Of a stretch of DNA of 64,000 bases, positions 50,901-62,900 are shown piece after piece. The stretch comes from Eledone cirrhosa (Eukaryota), in the NCBI GenBank assembly GCA_964016885.1, contig CAXHJY010000861.1, positions 124,001-188,000 of the forward strand. The letters run 5' to 3'. Each line of letters begins with the position of its first letter. The first letter of the stretch is position 1. Made by a program: the position numbers and the translations under genes. Below the pieces are notes generated by a model. That model saw only the letters and a list, made by a program, of their open reading frames with translations, searched no databases and was not told the DNA's origin.

Positions 50901-53900
50901 GGTCCAGTGTAAGGCCTTCCTTGGCACCATTGTCCAGAGAGTGAGATTGGTCCAGTGTAGGGCCTTCCTTGTCACCATTGTCCAGAGAGTGAGATTGGTC
51001 CAGTGTAGGGCCTTCCTTGTCACCATTGTCCAGAGAGTGAGACTGGTCCAGTGTAAGGCCTTCCTTGTCACCATTGTCCAGAGAGTGAGATTGGTCCAGT
51101 GTAGGGCCTTCCTTGTCACCATTGTCCAGAGAGTGAGATTAGTCCAGTGTAAGGCCTTCCTTGTCACCATTGTCCAGAGAGTGAGATTGGTCCAGTGTAG
51201 GGCCTTCCTTGTCACCATTGTCCAGAGAGTGAGATTGGTCCAGTGTAGGGCCTTCCTTGTCACCATTGTCCAGAGAGTGAGATTAGTCCAGTGTAAGGCC
51301 TTCCTTGTCACCATTGTCCAGAGAGTGAGATTGGTCCAGTGTAAGGCCTTCCTTGTCACCATTGTCCAGAGAGTGAGATTGGTCCAGTGTAGGGCCTTCC
51401 TTGTCACCATTGTCCAGAGAGTGAGATTAGTCCAGTGTAAGGCCTTCCTTGTCACCATTGTCCAGAGAGTGAGATTGGTCCAGTGTAGGGCCTTCCTTGT
51501 CACCATTGTCCAGAGAGTGAGACTGGTCCAGTGTAGGGCCTTCCTTGTCACCATTGTCCAGAGAGTGAGACTGGTCCAGTGTAAGGCCTTCCTTGTCACC
51601 ATTGTCCAGAGAGTGAGACTGGTCCAGTGTAAGGCCTTCCTTGTCACCATTGTCCAGAGAGTGAGACTGGTCCAGTGTAGGGCCTTCCTTGTCACCATTG
51701 TCCAGAGAGTGAGATTGGTCCAGTGTAGGGCCTTCCTTGTCACCATTGTCCAGAGAGTGAGACTGGTCCAGTGTAAGGCCTTCCTTGTCACCATTGTCCA
51801 GAGAGTGAGATTGGTCCAGTGTAGGGCCTTCCTTGTCACCATTGTCCAGAGAGTGAGATTAGTCCAGTGTAAGGCCTTCCTTGTCACCATTGTCCAGAGA
51901 GTGAGATTGGTCCAGTGTAGGGCCTTCCTTGTCACCATTGTCCAGAGAGTGAGATTGGTCCAGTGTAGGGCCTTCCTTGTCACCATTGTCCAGAGAGTGA
52001 GATTAGTCCAGTGTAAGGCCTTCCTTGTCACCATTGTCCAGAGAGTGAGATTGGTCCAGTGTAAGGCCTTCCTTGTCACCATTGTCCAGAGAGTGAGATT
52101 GGTCCAGTGTAAGGCCTTCCTTGTCACCATTGTCCAGAGAGTGAGATTGGTCCAGTGTAGGGCCTTCCTTGTCACCATTGTCCAGAGAGTGAGATTAGTC
52201 CAGTGTAAGGCCTTCCTTGTCACCATTGTCCAGAGAGTGAGATTAGTCCAGTGTAAGGCCTTCCTTGTCACCATTGTCCAGAGAGTGAGATTGGTCCAGT
52301 GTAGGGCCTTCCTTGTCACCATTGTCCAGAGAGTGAGATTAGTCCAGTGTAAGGCCTTCCTTGTCACCATTGTCCAGAGAGTGAGATTAGTCCAGTGTAA
52401 GGCCTTCCTTGTCACCATTGTCCAGAGAGTGAGATTGGTCCAGTGTAGGGCCTTCCTTGTCACCATTGTCCAGAGAGTGAGATTAGTCCAGTGTAAGGCC
52501 TTCCTTGTCACCATTGTCCAGAGAGTGAGATTAGTCCAGTGTAAGGCCTTCCTTGTCACCATTGTCCAGAGAGTGAGATTGGTCCAGTGTAGGGCCTTCC
52601 TTGTCACCATTGTCCAGAGAGTGAGATTAGTCCAGTGTAAGGCCTTCCTTGTCACCATTGTCCAGAGAGTGAGATTAGTCCAGTGTAAGGCCTTCCTTGT
52701 CACCATTGTCCAGAGAGTGAGATTGGTCCAGTGTAGGGCCTTCCTTGTCACCATTGTCCAGAGAGTGAGATTAGTCCAGTGTAAGGCCTTCCTTGTCACC
52801 ATTGTCCAGAGAGTGAGATTGGTCCAGTGTAGGGCCTTCCTTGTCACCATTGTCCAGAGAGTGAGATTAGTCCAGTGTAAGGCCTTCCTTGTCACCATTG
52901 TCCAGAGAGTGAGATTAGTCCAGTGTAAGGCCTTCCTTGTCACCATTGTCCAGAGAGTGAGATTGGTCCAGTGTAGGGCCTTCCTTGTCACCATTGTCCA
53001 GAGAGTGAGATTAGTCCAGTGTAAGGCCTTCCTTGTCACCATTGTCCAGAGAGTGAGATTAGTCCAGTGTAAGGCCTTCCTTGTCACCATTGTCCAGAGA
53101 GTGAGATTGGTCCAGTGTAGGGCCTTCCTTGTCACCATTGTCCAGAGAGTGAGATTAGTCCAGTGTAAGGCCTTCCTTGTCACCATTGTCCAGAGAGTGA
53201 GATTAGTCCAGTGTAAGGCCTTCCTTGTCACCATTGTCCAGAGAGTGAGATTAGTCCAGTGTAAGGCCTTCCTTGTCACCATTGTCCAGAGAGTGAGATT
53301 GGTCCAGTGTAGGGCCTTCCTTGTCACCATTGTCCAGAGAGTGAGACTGGTCCAGTGTAGGGCCTTCCTTGTCACCATTGTCCAGAGAGTGAGACTGGTC
53401 CAGTGTAAGGCCTTCCTTGTCACCATTGTCCAGAGAGTGAGACTGGTCCAGTGTAAGGCCTTCCTTGTCACCATTGTCCAGAGAGTGAGACTGGTCCAGT
53501 GTAGGGCCTTCCTTGTCACCATTGTCCAGAGAGTGAGATTGGTCCAGTGTAGGGCCTTCCTTGTCACCATTGTCCAGAGAGTGAGACTGGTCCAGTGTAG
53601 GGCCTTCCTTGTCACCATTGTCCAGAGAGTGAGACTGGTCCAGTGTAAGGCCTTCCTTGTCACCATTGTCCAGAGAGTGAGATTGGTCCAGTGTAGGGCC
53701 TTCCTTGTCACCATTGTCCAGAGAGTGAGATTAGTCCAGTGTAGGGCCTTCCTTGTCACCATTGTCCAGAGAGTGAGACTGGTCCAGTGTAGGGCCTTCC
53801 TTGTCACCATTGTCCAGAGAGTGAGACTGGTCCAGTGTAAGGCCTTCCTTGTCACCATTGTCCAGAGAGTGAGATTGGTCCAGTGTAGGGCCTTCCTTGT

Positions 53901-56900
53901 CACCATTGTCCAGAGAGTGAGACTGGTCCAGTGTAAGGCCTTCCTTGTCACCATTGTCCAGAGAGTGAGACTGGTCCAGTGTAAGGCCTTCCTTGTCACC
54001 ATTGTCCAGAGAGTGAGATTAGTCCAGTGTAGGGCCTTCCTTGTCACCATTGTCCAGAGAGTGAGACTGGTCCAGTGTAAGGCCTTCCTTGTCACCATTG
54101 TCCAGAGAGTGAGATTGGTCCAGTGTAGGGCCTTCCTTGTCACCATTGTCCAGAGAGTGAGATTGGTCCAGTGTAGGGCCTTCCTTGTCACCATTGTCCA
54201 GAGAGTGAGATTAGTCCAGTGTAGGGCCTTCCTTGTCACCATTGTCCAGAGAGTGAGACTGGTCCAGTGTAGGGCCTTCCTTGTCACCATTGTCCAGAGA
54301 GTGAGATTAGTCCAGTGTAAGGCCTTCCTTGTCACCATTGTCCAGAGAGTGAGACTGGTCCAGTGTAGGGCCTTCCTTGTCACCATTGTCCTGAGAGTGA
54401 GACTGGTCCAGTGTAAGGCCTTCCTTGTCACCATTGTCCAGAGAGTGAGATTAGTCCAGTGTAGGGCCTTCCTTGTCACCATTGTCCAGAGAGTGAGACT
54501 GGTCCAGTGTAGGGCCTTCCTTGTCACCATTGTCCAGAGAGTGAGATTAGTCCAGTGTAGGGCCTTCCTTGTCACCATTGTCCAGAGAGTGAGACTGGTC
54601 CAGTGTAGGGCCTTCCTTGTCACCATTGTCCAGAGAGTGAGACTGGTCCAGTGTAGGGCCTTCCTTGTCACCATTGTCCAGAGAGTGAGATTAGTCCAGT
54701 GTAGGGCCTTCCTTGTCACCATTGTCCTGAGAGTGAGACTGGTCCAGTGTAAGGCCTTCCTTGTCACCATTGTCCAGAGAGTGAGACTGGTCCAGTGTAG
54801 GGCCTTCCTTGTCACCATTGTCCAGAGAGTGAGATTAGTCCAGTGTAAGGCCTTCCTTGTCACCATTGTCCAGAGAGTGAGACTGGTCCAGTGTAGGGCC
54901 TTCCTTGTCACCATTGTCCAGAGAGTGAGACTGGTCCAGTGTAGGGCCTTCCTTGTCACCATTGTCCAGAGAGTGAGATTAGTCCAGTGTAGGGCCTTCC
55001 TTGTCACCATTGTCCAGAGAGTGAGACTGGTCCAGTGTAGGGCCTTCCTTGTCACCATTGTCCAGAGAGTGAGATTAGTCCAGTGTAAGGCCTTCCTTGT
55101 CACCATTGTCCAGAGAGTGAGACTGGTCCAGTGTAGGGCCTTCCTTGTCACCATTGTCCTGAGAGTGAGACTGGTCCAGTGTAAGGCCTTCCTTGTCACC
55201 ATTGTCCAGAGAGTGAGACTGGTCCAGTGTAGGGCCTTCCTTGTCACCATTGTCCTGAGAGTGAGACTGGTCCAGTGTAAGGCCTTCCTTGTCACCATTG
55301 TCCAGAGACTGACACTGGTCCAGTGTAAGGCCTTCCTTGTCACCATTGTCCAGAGAGTGAGACTGGTCCAGTGTAAGGCCTTCCTTGTCACCATTGTCCA
55401 GAGTGTGAGATTAGTCCAGTGTAGGGCCTTCCTTGTCACCATTGTCCAGAGAGTGACACTGGTCCAGTGTAAGGCCTTCCTTGTCACCATTGTCCAGAGA
55501 GTGAGACTGGTCCAGTGTAAGGCCTTCCTTGTCACCATTGTCCAGAGAGTGACACTGGTCCAGTGTAGGGCCTTCCTTGTCACCATTGTCCAGAGAGTGA
55601 GACTGGTCCAGTGTAAGGCCTTCCTTGTCACCATTGTCCAGAGAGTGAGATTAGTCCAGTGTAGGGCCTTCCTTGTCACCATTGTCCAGAGAGTGACACT
55701 GGTCCAGTGTAAGGCCTTCCATGTCACCATTGTCCAGAGAGTGACACTGGTCCAGTGTTAGGCCTTCCTTGTCCCCATTGTCCAGAGAGTGAGATTAGTC
55801 CAGTGTAAGGCCTTCCTTGTCACCATTGTCCAGAGAGTGAGATTAGTCCAGTGTAAGGCCTTCCTTGTCACCATTGTCCAGAGAGTGAGATTGGTCCAGT
55901 GTAAGGCCTTCCTTGTCACCATTGTTCAGAGTGTGAGATTAGTCCAGTGTAAGGCCTTCCTTGTCACCATTGTCCAGAGAGTGAGATTAGTCCAGTGTAA
56001 GGCCTTCCTTGTCACCATTGTCCAGAGAGTGAGATTAGTCCAGTGTAAGGCCTTCCTTGTCACCATTGTCCAGAGTGTGAGATTGGTCAGTGTAAGGCCT
56101 TCCTTGTCACCATTGTCCAGAGAGTGAGATTAGTCCAGTGTAAGGCCTTCCTTGTCACCATTGTCCAGAGAGTGAGATTAGTCGAGTGTAAGGCCTTCCT
56201 TGTCACCATTGTCCAGAGAGTGAGATTAGTCGAGTGTAAGGCCTTCCTTGTCACCATTGTCCAGAGAGTGACACTGGTCCAGTGTAAGGCCTTCCTTGTC
56301 ACCATTGTCCAGAGAGTGAGATTAGTCCAGTGTAAGGCCTTCCTTGTCACCATTGTCCAGAGAGTGAGATTAGTCCAGTGTAAGGCCTTCCTTGTCACCA
56401 TTGTCCAGAGAGTGAGATTAGTCGAGTGTAAGGCCTTCCTTGTCACCATTGTCCAGAGAGTGACACTGGTCCAGTGTAAGGCCTTCCTTGTCACCATTGT
56501 CCAGAGAGTGAGATTAGTCCAGTGTAAGGCCTTCCTTGTCACCATTGTCCAGAGAGTGAGATTAGTCCAGTGTAAGGCCTTCCTTGTCACCATTGTCCAG
56601 AGAGTGAGATTAGTCGAGTGTAAGGCCTTCCTTGTCACCATTGTCCTGAGAGTGAGTCTGGTCCAGTGTAAGGCCTTCCTTGTCACCATTGTCCAGAGAG
56701 TGAGATTAGTCCAGTGTAAGGCCTTCCCTGTCACCATTGTCCAGAGTGTGAGACTGGTCCAGTGTAAGGCCTTCCTTGTCACCATTGTCCAGAGAGTGAG
56801 ATTGGTCCAGTGTAAGGCCTTCCTTGTCACCATTGTCCAGAGAGTGACACTGGTCCAGTGTAAGGCCTTCCTTGTCACCATTGTCCAGAGTGTGAGATTG

Positions 56901-59900
56901 GTCCAGTGTAAGGCCTTCCTTGTCACCATTGTCCAGAGAGGGACACTGGTCCAGTGAAAGGCCTTCCTTGTCACCATTGTCCAGAGAGTGACACTGGTCC
57001 AGAGTAAGGCCTTCCTTGTCACCATTGTCCAGAGAGTGACACTGGTCCAGTGTAAGGCCTTCCTTGTCACCATTGTCCAGAGAGTGACACTGGTCCAGAG
57101 TAAGGCCTGCCTTGTCACCATTGTCCAGAGAGTGAGATTGGTCCAGTGTAAGGCCTTCCTTGTCACCATTGTCCAGAGAGTGACACTGGTCCAGTGTAAG
57201 GCCTTCCTTGTCACCATTGTCCAGAGAGTGACACTGGTCCAGAGTAAGGCCTGCCTTGTCACCATTGTCCAGAGAGTGAGATTGGTCCAGAGTAAGGCCT
57301 TCCTTGTCACCATTGTCCAGAGAGTGACACTGGTCCAGTGTAAGGCCTTCCTTGTCACCATTGTCCAGAGTGACACTGGTCCAGTGTAAGGCCTTCCTTG
57401 TCACCATTGTCCAGAGAGTGTGATTGGTCCAGTGTAAGGCCTTCCTTGTCACCATTGTCCAGAGAGTGAGACTGGTCCAGTGTAAGGCCTTCCTTGTCAC
57501 CATTGTCCAGAGAGTGAGTCTGGTCCAGTGTAAGGCCTTCCTTGTCACCATTGTCCAGAGAGTGAGATTGGTCCAGTGTAAGGCCTTCCTTGTCACCATT
57601 GTCCAGAGAGTGAGATTGGTCCAGTGTAAGGCCTTCCTTGTCACCATTGTCCAGAGAGTGAGATTGGTCCAGTGTAAGGCCTTCCTTGTCACCATTGTCC
57701 AGAGAGTGAGACTGGTCCAGTGTAAGGCCTTCCTTGTCACCATTGTCCAGAGAGTGAGACTGGTCCAGTGTAGGGCCTTCCTTGTCACCATTGTCCAGAG
57801 AGTGAGACTGGTCCAGTGTAAGGCCTTCCTTGTCCCCATTGTCCAGAGAGTGAGACTGGTCCAGTGTAAGGCCTTCCTTGTCACCATTGTCCAGAGACTG
57901 ACACTGGTCCAGTGTAAGGCCTTCCTTGTCCCCATTGTCCAGAGAGTGAGACTGGTCCAGTGTAAGGCCTTCCTTGTCACCATTGTCCAGAGAGTGAGAT
58001 TAGTCCAGTGTAGGGCCTTCCTTGTCACCATTGTCCAGAGACTGACACTGGTCCAGTGTAAGGCCTTCCTTGTCCCCATTGTCCAGAGACTGACACTGGT
58101 CCAGTGTAAGGCCTTCCTTGTCACCATTGTCCAGAGAGTGAGATTAGTCCAGTGTAGGGCCTTCCTTGTCACCATTGTCCAGAGACTGACACTGGTCCAG
58201 TGTAAGGCCTTCCTTGTCACCATTGTCCAGAGAGTGAGACTGGTGCAGTGTAAGGCCTTCCTTGTCACCATTGTCCAGAGAGTGAGATTAGTCCAGTGTA
58301 GGGCCTTCCTTGTCACCGTTGTCCAGAGAGTGACACTGGTCCAGTGTAAGGCCTTCCTTGTCACCATTGTCCAGAGAGTGAGACTGATCCAGTGTAAGGC
58401 CTTCCTTGTCACCATTGTCCAGAGAGTGACACTGGTCCAGTGTTAGGCCTTCCTTGTCACCATTGTCCAGAGAGTGACACTGGTCCAGTGTAAGGCCTTC
58501 CTTGTCACCATTGTCCAGAGAGTGAGATTAGTCCAGTGTAGGGCCTTCCTTGTCACCATTGTCCAGAGACTGACACTGGTCCAGTGTAAGGCCTTCCTTG
58601 TCACCATTGTCCAGAGAGTGAGACTGGTCCAGTGTAAGGCCTTCCTTGTCACCATTGTCCAGAGAGTGAGATTAGTCCAGTGTAGGGCCTTCCTTGTCAC
58701 CATTGTCCAGAGAGTGACACTGGTCCAGTGTAAGGCCTTCCTTGTCACCATTGTCCAGAGAGTGAGACTGGTCCAGTGTAAGGCCATCCTTGTCACCATT
58801 GTCCAGAGAGTGAGACTGGTCCAGTGTTAGGCCTTCCTTGTCACCATTGTCCAGAGAGTGACACTGGTCCAGTGTAAGGCCTTCCTTGTCACCATTGTCC
58901 AGAGAGTGAGATTAGTCCAGTGTAGGGCCTTCCTTGTCACCATTGTCCAGAGAGTGACACTGGTCCAGTGTAAGGCCTTCCTTGTCACCATTGTCCAGAG
59001 AGTGAGATTAGTCCAGTGTAGGGCCTTCCTTGTCACCATTGTCCAGAGAGTGACACTGGTCCAGTGTAAGGCCTTCCTTGTCACCATTGTCCAGAGAGTG
59101 AGACTGGTCCAGTGTAAGGCCCTCCTTGTATGCATTGTCCAGAGAGTGACACTGGTCCAGTGTAAGCCCTTCCTTGTCACCATTGTCCAGAGAGTGAGAC
59201 TGGTCCAGTGTAAGGCCTTCCTTGTCACCATTGTCCAGAGAGTGAGACTGGTCCAGTGTAAGGCCTTCCATGTCACCATTGTCCAGAGAGTGAGACTGGT
59301 CTAGTGTAGGGCCTTCCTTGTCACCATTGTCCAGAGAGTGACACTGGTCCAGTGTAAGGCCTTCCTTGTCACCATTGTCCAGAGAGTGAGACTGGTCCAG
59401 TGTAGGGCCTTCCTTGTCACCATTGTCCAGAGAGTGTCATTGGTCCAGTTTAAGGCCTTCCTTGTCACCATTGTCCAGAGAGTGAGATTAGTCCAGTGTA
59501 AGGCCTTCCTTGTCACCATTGTCCAGAGAGTGTCATTGGTCCAGTGTAAGGCCTTCCTTGTCACCATTGTCCAGAGAGTGACACTGGTCCAGTGTAAGGC
59601 CTTCCTTGTCACCATTGTCCAGAGAGTGACACTGGTCCAGTGTAAGGCCTTCCTTGTCACCATTGTCCAGAGAGTGAGATTAGTCCAGTGTAGGGACTTC
59701 CTTGTCACCATTGTCCAGAGAGTGACACTGGTCCAGTGTAAGGCCTTCCTTGTCACCATTGTCCAGAGAGTGACACTGGTCCAGTGTAAGGCCTTCCTTG
59801 TCACCATTGTCCAGAGAGTGACACTGGTCCAGTGTAAGGCCTTCCTTGTCACCATTGTCCAGAGAGTGAGTCTGGTCCAGTGTAAGGCCTTCCTTGTCAC

Positions 59901-62900
59901 CATTGGCCAGAGAGTGAGATTAGTCCAGTGTAGGGCCTTCCTTGTCACCATTGTCCAGAGAGTGAGACTGGTCCAGTGTAAGGACTTCCTTGTCACCATT
60001 GTCCAGAGAGTGACACTGGTCCATTGTAAGGCCTTCCTTGTCACCATTGTCCAGAGAGTGAGATTAGTCCAGTGTAGGGCCTTCCTTGTCACCATTGTCC
60101 AGAGAGTGACACTGGTCCAGTGTAAGGCCTTCCTTGTCACCATTGTCCAGAGAGTGAGATTAGTCCAGTGTAAGGCCTTCCTTGTCACCATTGTCCAGAG
60201 AGTGACACTGGTCCAGTGTAAGGCCTTCCTTGTCACCATTGTCCAGAGAGTGAGTCTGGTCCAGTGTAAGGCCTTCCTTGTCACCATTGTCCAGAGAGTG
60301 AGATTAGTCCAGTGTAGGGCTTTCCTTGTCACCATTGTCCAGAGAGTGACACTGGTCCAGTGTAAGGCCTTCCTTGTCACCATTGTCCAGAGAGTGACAC
60401 TGGTCCAGTGTAAGGCCTTCCTTGTCACCATTGTCCAGAGAGTGAGTCTGGTCCAGTGTAAGGCCTTCCTTGTCACATTGTCCAGAGAGTGAGATTAGTC
60501 CAGTGTAGGGCCTTCCTTGTCACCAATGTCCAGAGAGTGACACTGGTCCAGTGTAACGCTTCCTTGTCACCATTGTCCAGAGAGTGAGATTAGTCCAGTG
60601 TAGGGCCTTCCTTGTCACCATTGTCCAGAGAGTGACACTGGTCCAGTGTAAGGCCTTCCTTGTCACCATTGTCCAGAGAGTGACACTGGTCCAGTGTAAG
60701 GCCTTCCTTGTCACCATTGTCCAGAGAGTGACACTGGTCCAGTGTAAGGCCTTCTTTGTCACCATTGTCCAGAGAGTGAGACTGGTCCAGTGTAAGGCCT
60801 GCCTTGGCACCATTGTCCAGAGAGTGAGACTGGTCCAGTGTAAGACCTTCCTTGTCACCATTGTCCAGAGAGTGAGATTAGTCCAGTGTAGGGACTTCCT
60901 TGTCACCATTGTCCAGAGAGTGACACTGGTCCAGTGTAAGGCCTTCCTTGTCACCATTGTCCAGAGAGTGACACTGGTCCAGTGTAAGGCCTTCCTTGTC
61001 ACCATTGTCCAGAGAGTGACACTGGTCCAGTGTAAGGCCTGCCTTGTCACCATTGTCCAGAGAGTGAGACTGGTCCAGTGTAAGGCCTTCCTTGTCACCA
61101 TTGTCCAGAGAGTGAGATTAGTCCAGTGTAGGGACTTCCTTGTCACCATTGTCCAGAGAGTGAGACTGGTCGAGTGTAAGGCCTTCCTTGTCACCATTGT
61201 CCAGAGAGTGAGATTAGTCCAGTGTAGGGCCTTCCTTGTCACCATTGTCCTGAGAGTGAGTCTGGTCCAGTGTAAGGCCTTCCTTGTCACCATTGTCCAG
61301 AGTGTGAGTCTGGTCCAGTGTAAGGCCTTCCTTATCACCATTGTCCAGAGAGTGAGATTAGTCCAGTGTAGGGCCTTCCTTGTCACCATTGTCCAGAGAG
61401 TGAGACTGGTCCAGTGTAAGGCCTTCCTTGTCACCATTGTCCAGAGAGTGACACTGGTCCATTGTAAGGCCTTCCTTGTCACCATTGTCCAGAGAGTGAG
61501 ATTAGTCCAGTGTAGGGCCTTCCTTGTCACCATTGTCCAGAGAGTGACACTGGTCCAGTGTAAGGCCTTCCTTGTCACCATTGTCCAGAGAGTGAGTCTG
61601 GTCCAGTGTAAGGCCTTCCTTGTCACCATTGTCCAGAGAGTGAGATTAGTCCAGTGTAGGGCTTTCCTTGGCACCATTGTCCAGAGAGTGACACTGGTCC
61701 AGTGTAAGGCCTTCCCTGTCCCCATTGTCCAGAGAGTGACACTGGTCCAGTGTAAGGCCTTCCTTGTCACCATTGTCCAGAGAGTGAGTCTGGTCCAGTG
61801 TAAGGCCTTCCTTGTCACCATTGTCCAGAGAGTGAGATTAGTCCAGTGTAGGGCCTTCCTTGTCACCATTGTCCAGAGAGTGACACTGGTCCAGTGTAAG
61901 GCTTCCTTGTCACCATTGTCCAGAGAGTGAGATTAGTCCAGTGTAGGGCCTTCCTTGTCACCATTGTCCAGAGAGTGACACAGGTCCAGTGTAAGGCCTT
62001 CCTTGTCACCATTGTCCAGAGAGTGACACTGGTCCAGTGTAAGGCCTTCCTTGTCACCATTGTCCAGAGAGTGAGATTAGTCCAGTGTAGGGACTTCCTT
62101 GTCACCATTGTCCAGAGAGTGAGACTGGTCCAGTGTAAGGCCTTCCTTGTCACCATTGTCCAGAGAGTGAGATTAGTCCAGTGTAGGGACTTCCTTGTCA
62201 CCATTGTCCAGAGAGTGAGTCTGGTCCAGTGTAAGGCCTTCCTTGTCACCATTGTCCAGAGAGTGAGTCTGGTCCAGTGTAAGGCCTTCCTTGTCACCAT
62301 TGTCCAGAGAGTGAGATTAGTCCAGTGTAGGGACTTCCTTGTCACCATTGTCCAGAGTGAGACTGGTCCAGTGTAAGGCCTTCCTTGTCACCATTGTCCA
62401 GAGAGTGAGTCTGGTCCAGTGTAAGGCCTTCCTTGTCACCATTGTCCAGAGAGTGAGATTAGTCCAGTGTAGGGCCTTCCTTGTCACCATTGTCCAGAGA
62501 GTGACACTAGTCCAGTGTAAGGCCTTCCTTGTCACCATTGTCCAGAGAGTGAGACTGGTCCAGTGTAAGGTCTTCCTTGTCACCATTGTCCAGAGAGTGA
62601 GATTAGTCCAGTGTAGGGCCTTCCTTGTCACCATTGTCCAGAGAATGAGACTGGTCCAGTGTAGGGCCTTCCTTTTCACCATTGTCAAGAGAGTGAGATT
62701 AGTCCAGTGTAAGGTCTTCGTTGTCACCATTGTCCAGAGAGTGAGATTAGTCCAGTGTAAGGTCTTCCTTGTCACCATTGTCCAGAGAGTGAGACTGGTC
62801 CAGTGTAAGGCCTTCCTTGTCACCATTGTCCAGAGAGTGAGTCTGGTCCAGTGTAAGGCCTTCCTTGTCACCATTGTCCAGAGAGTGACACTGGTCCAGT

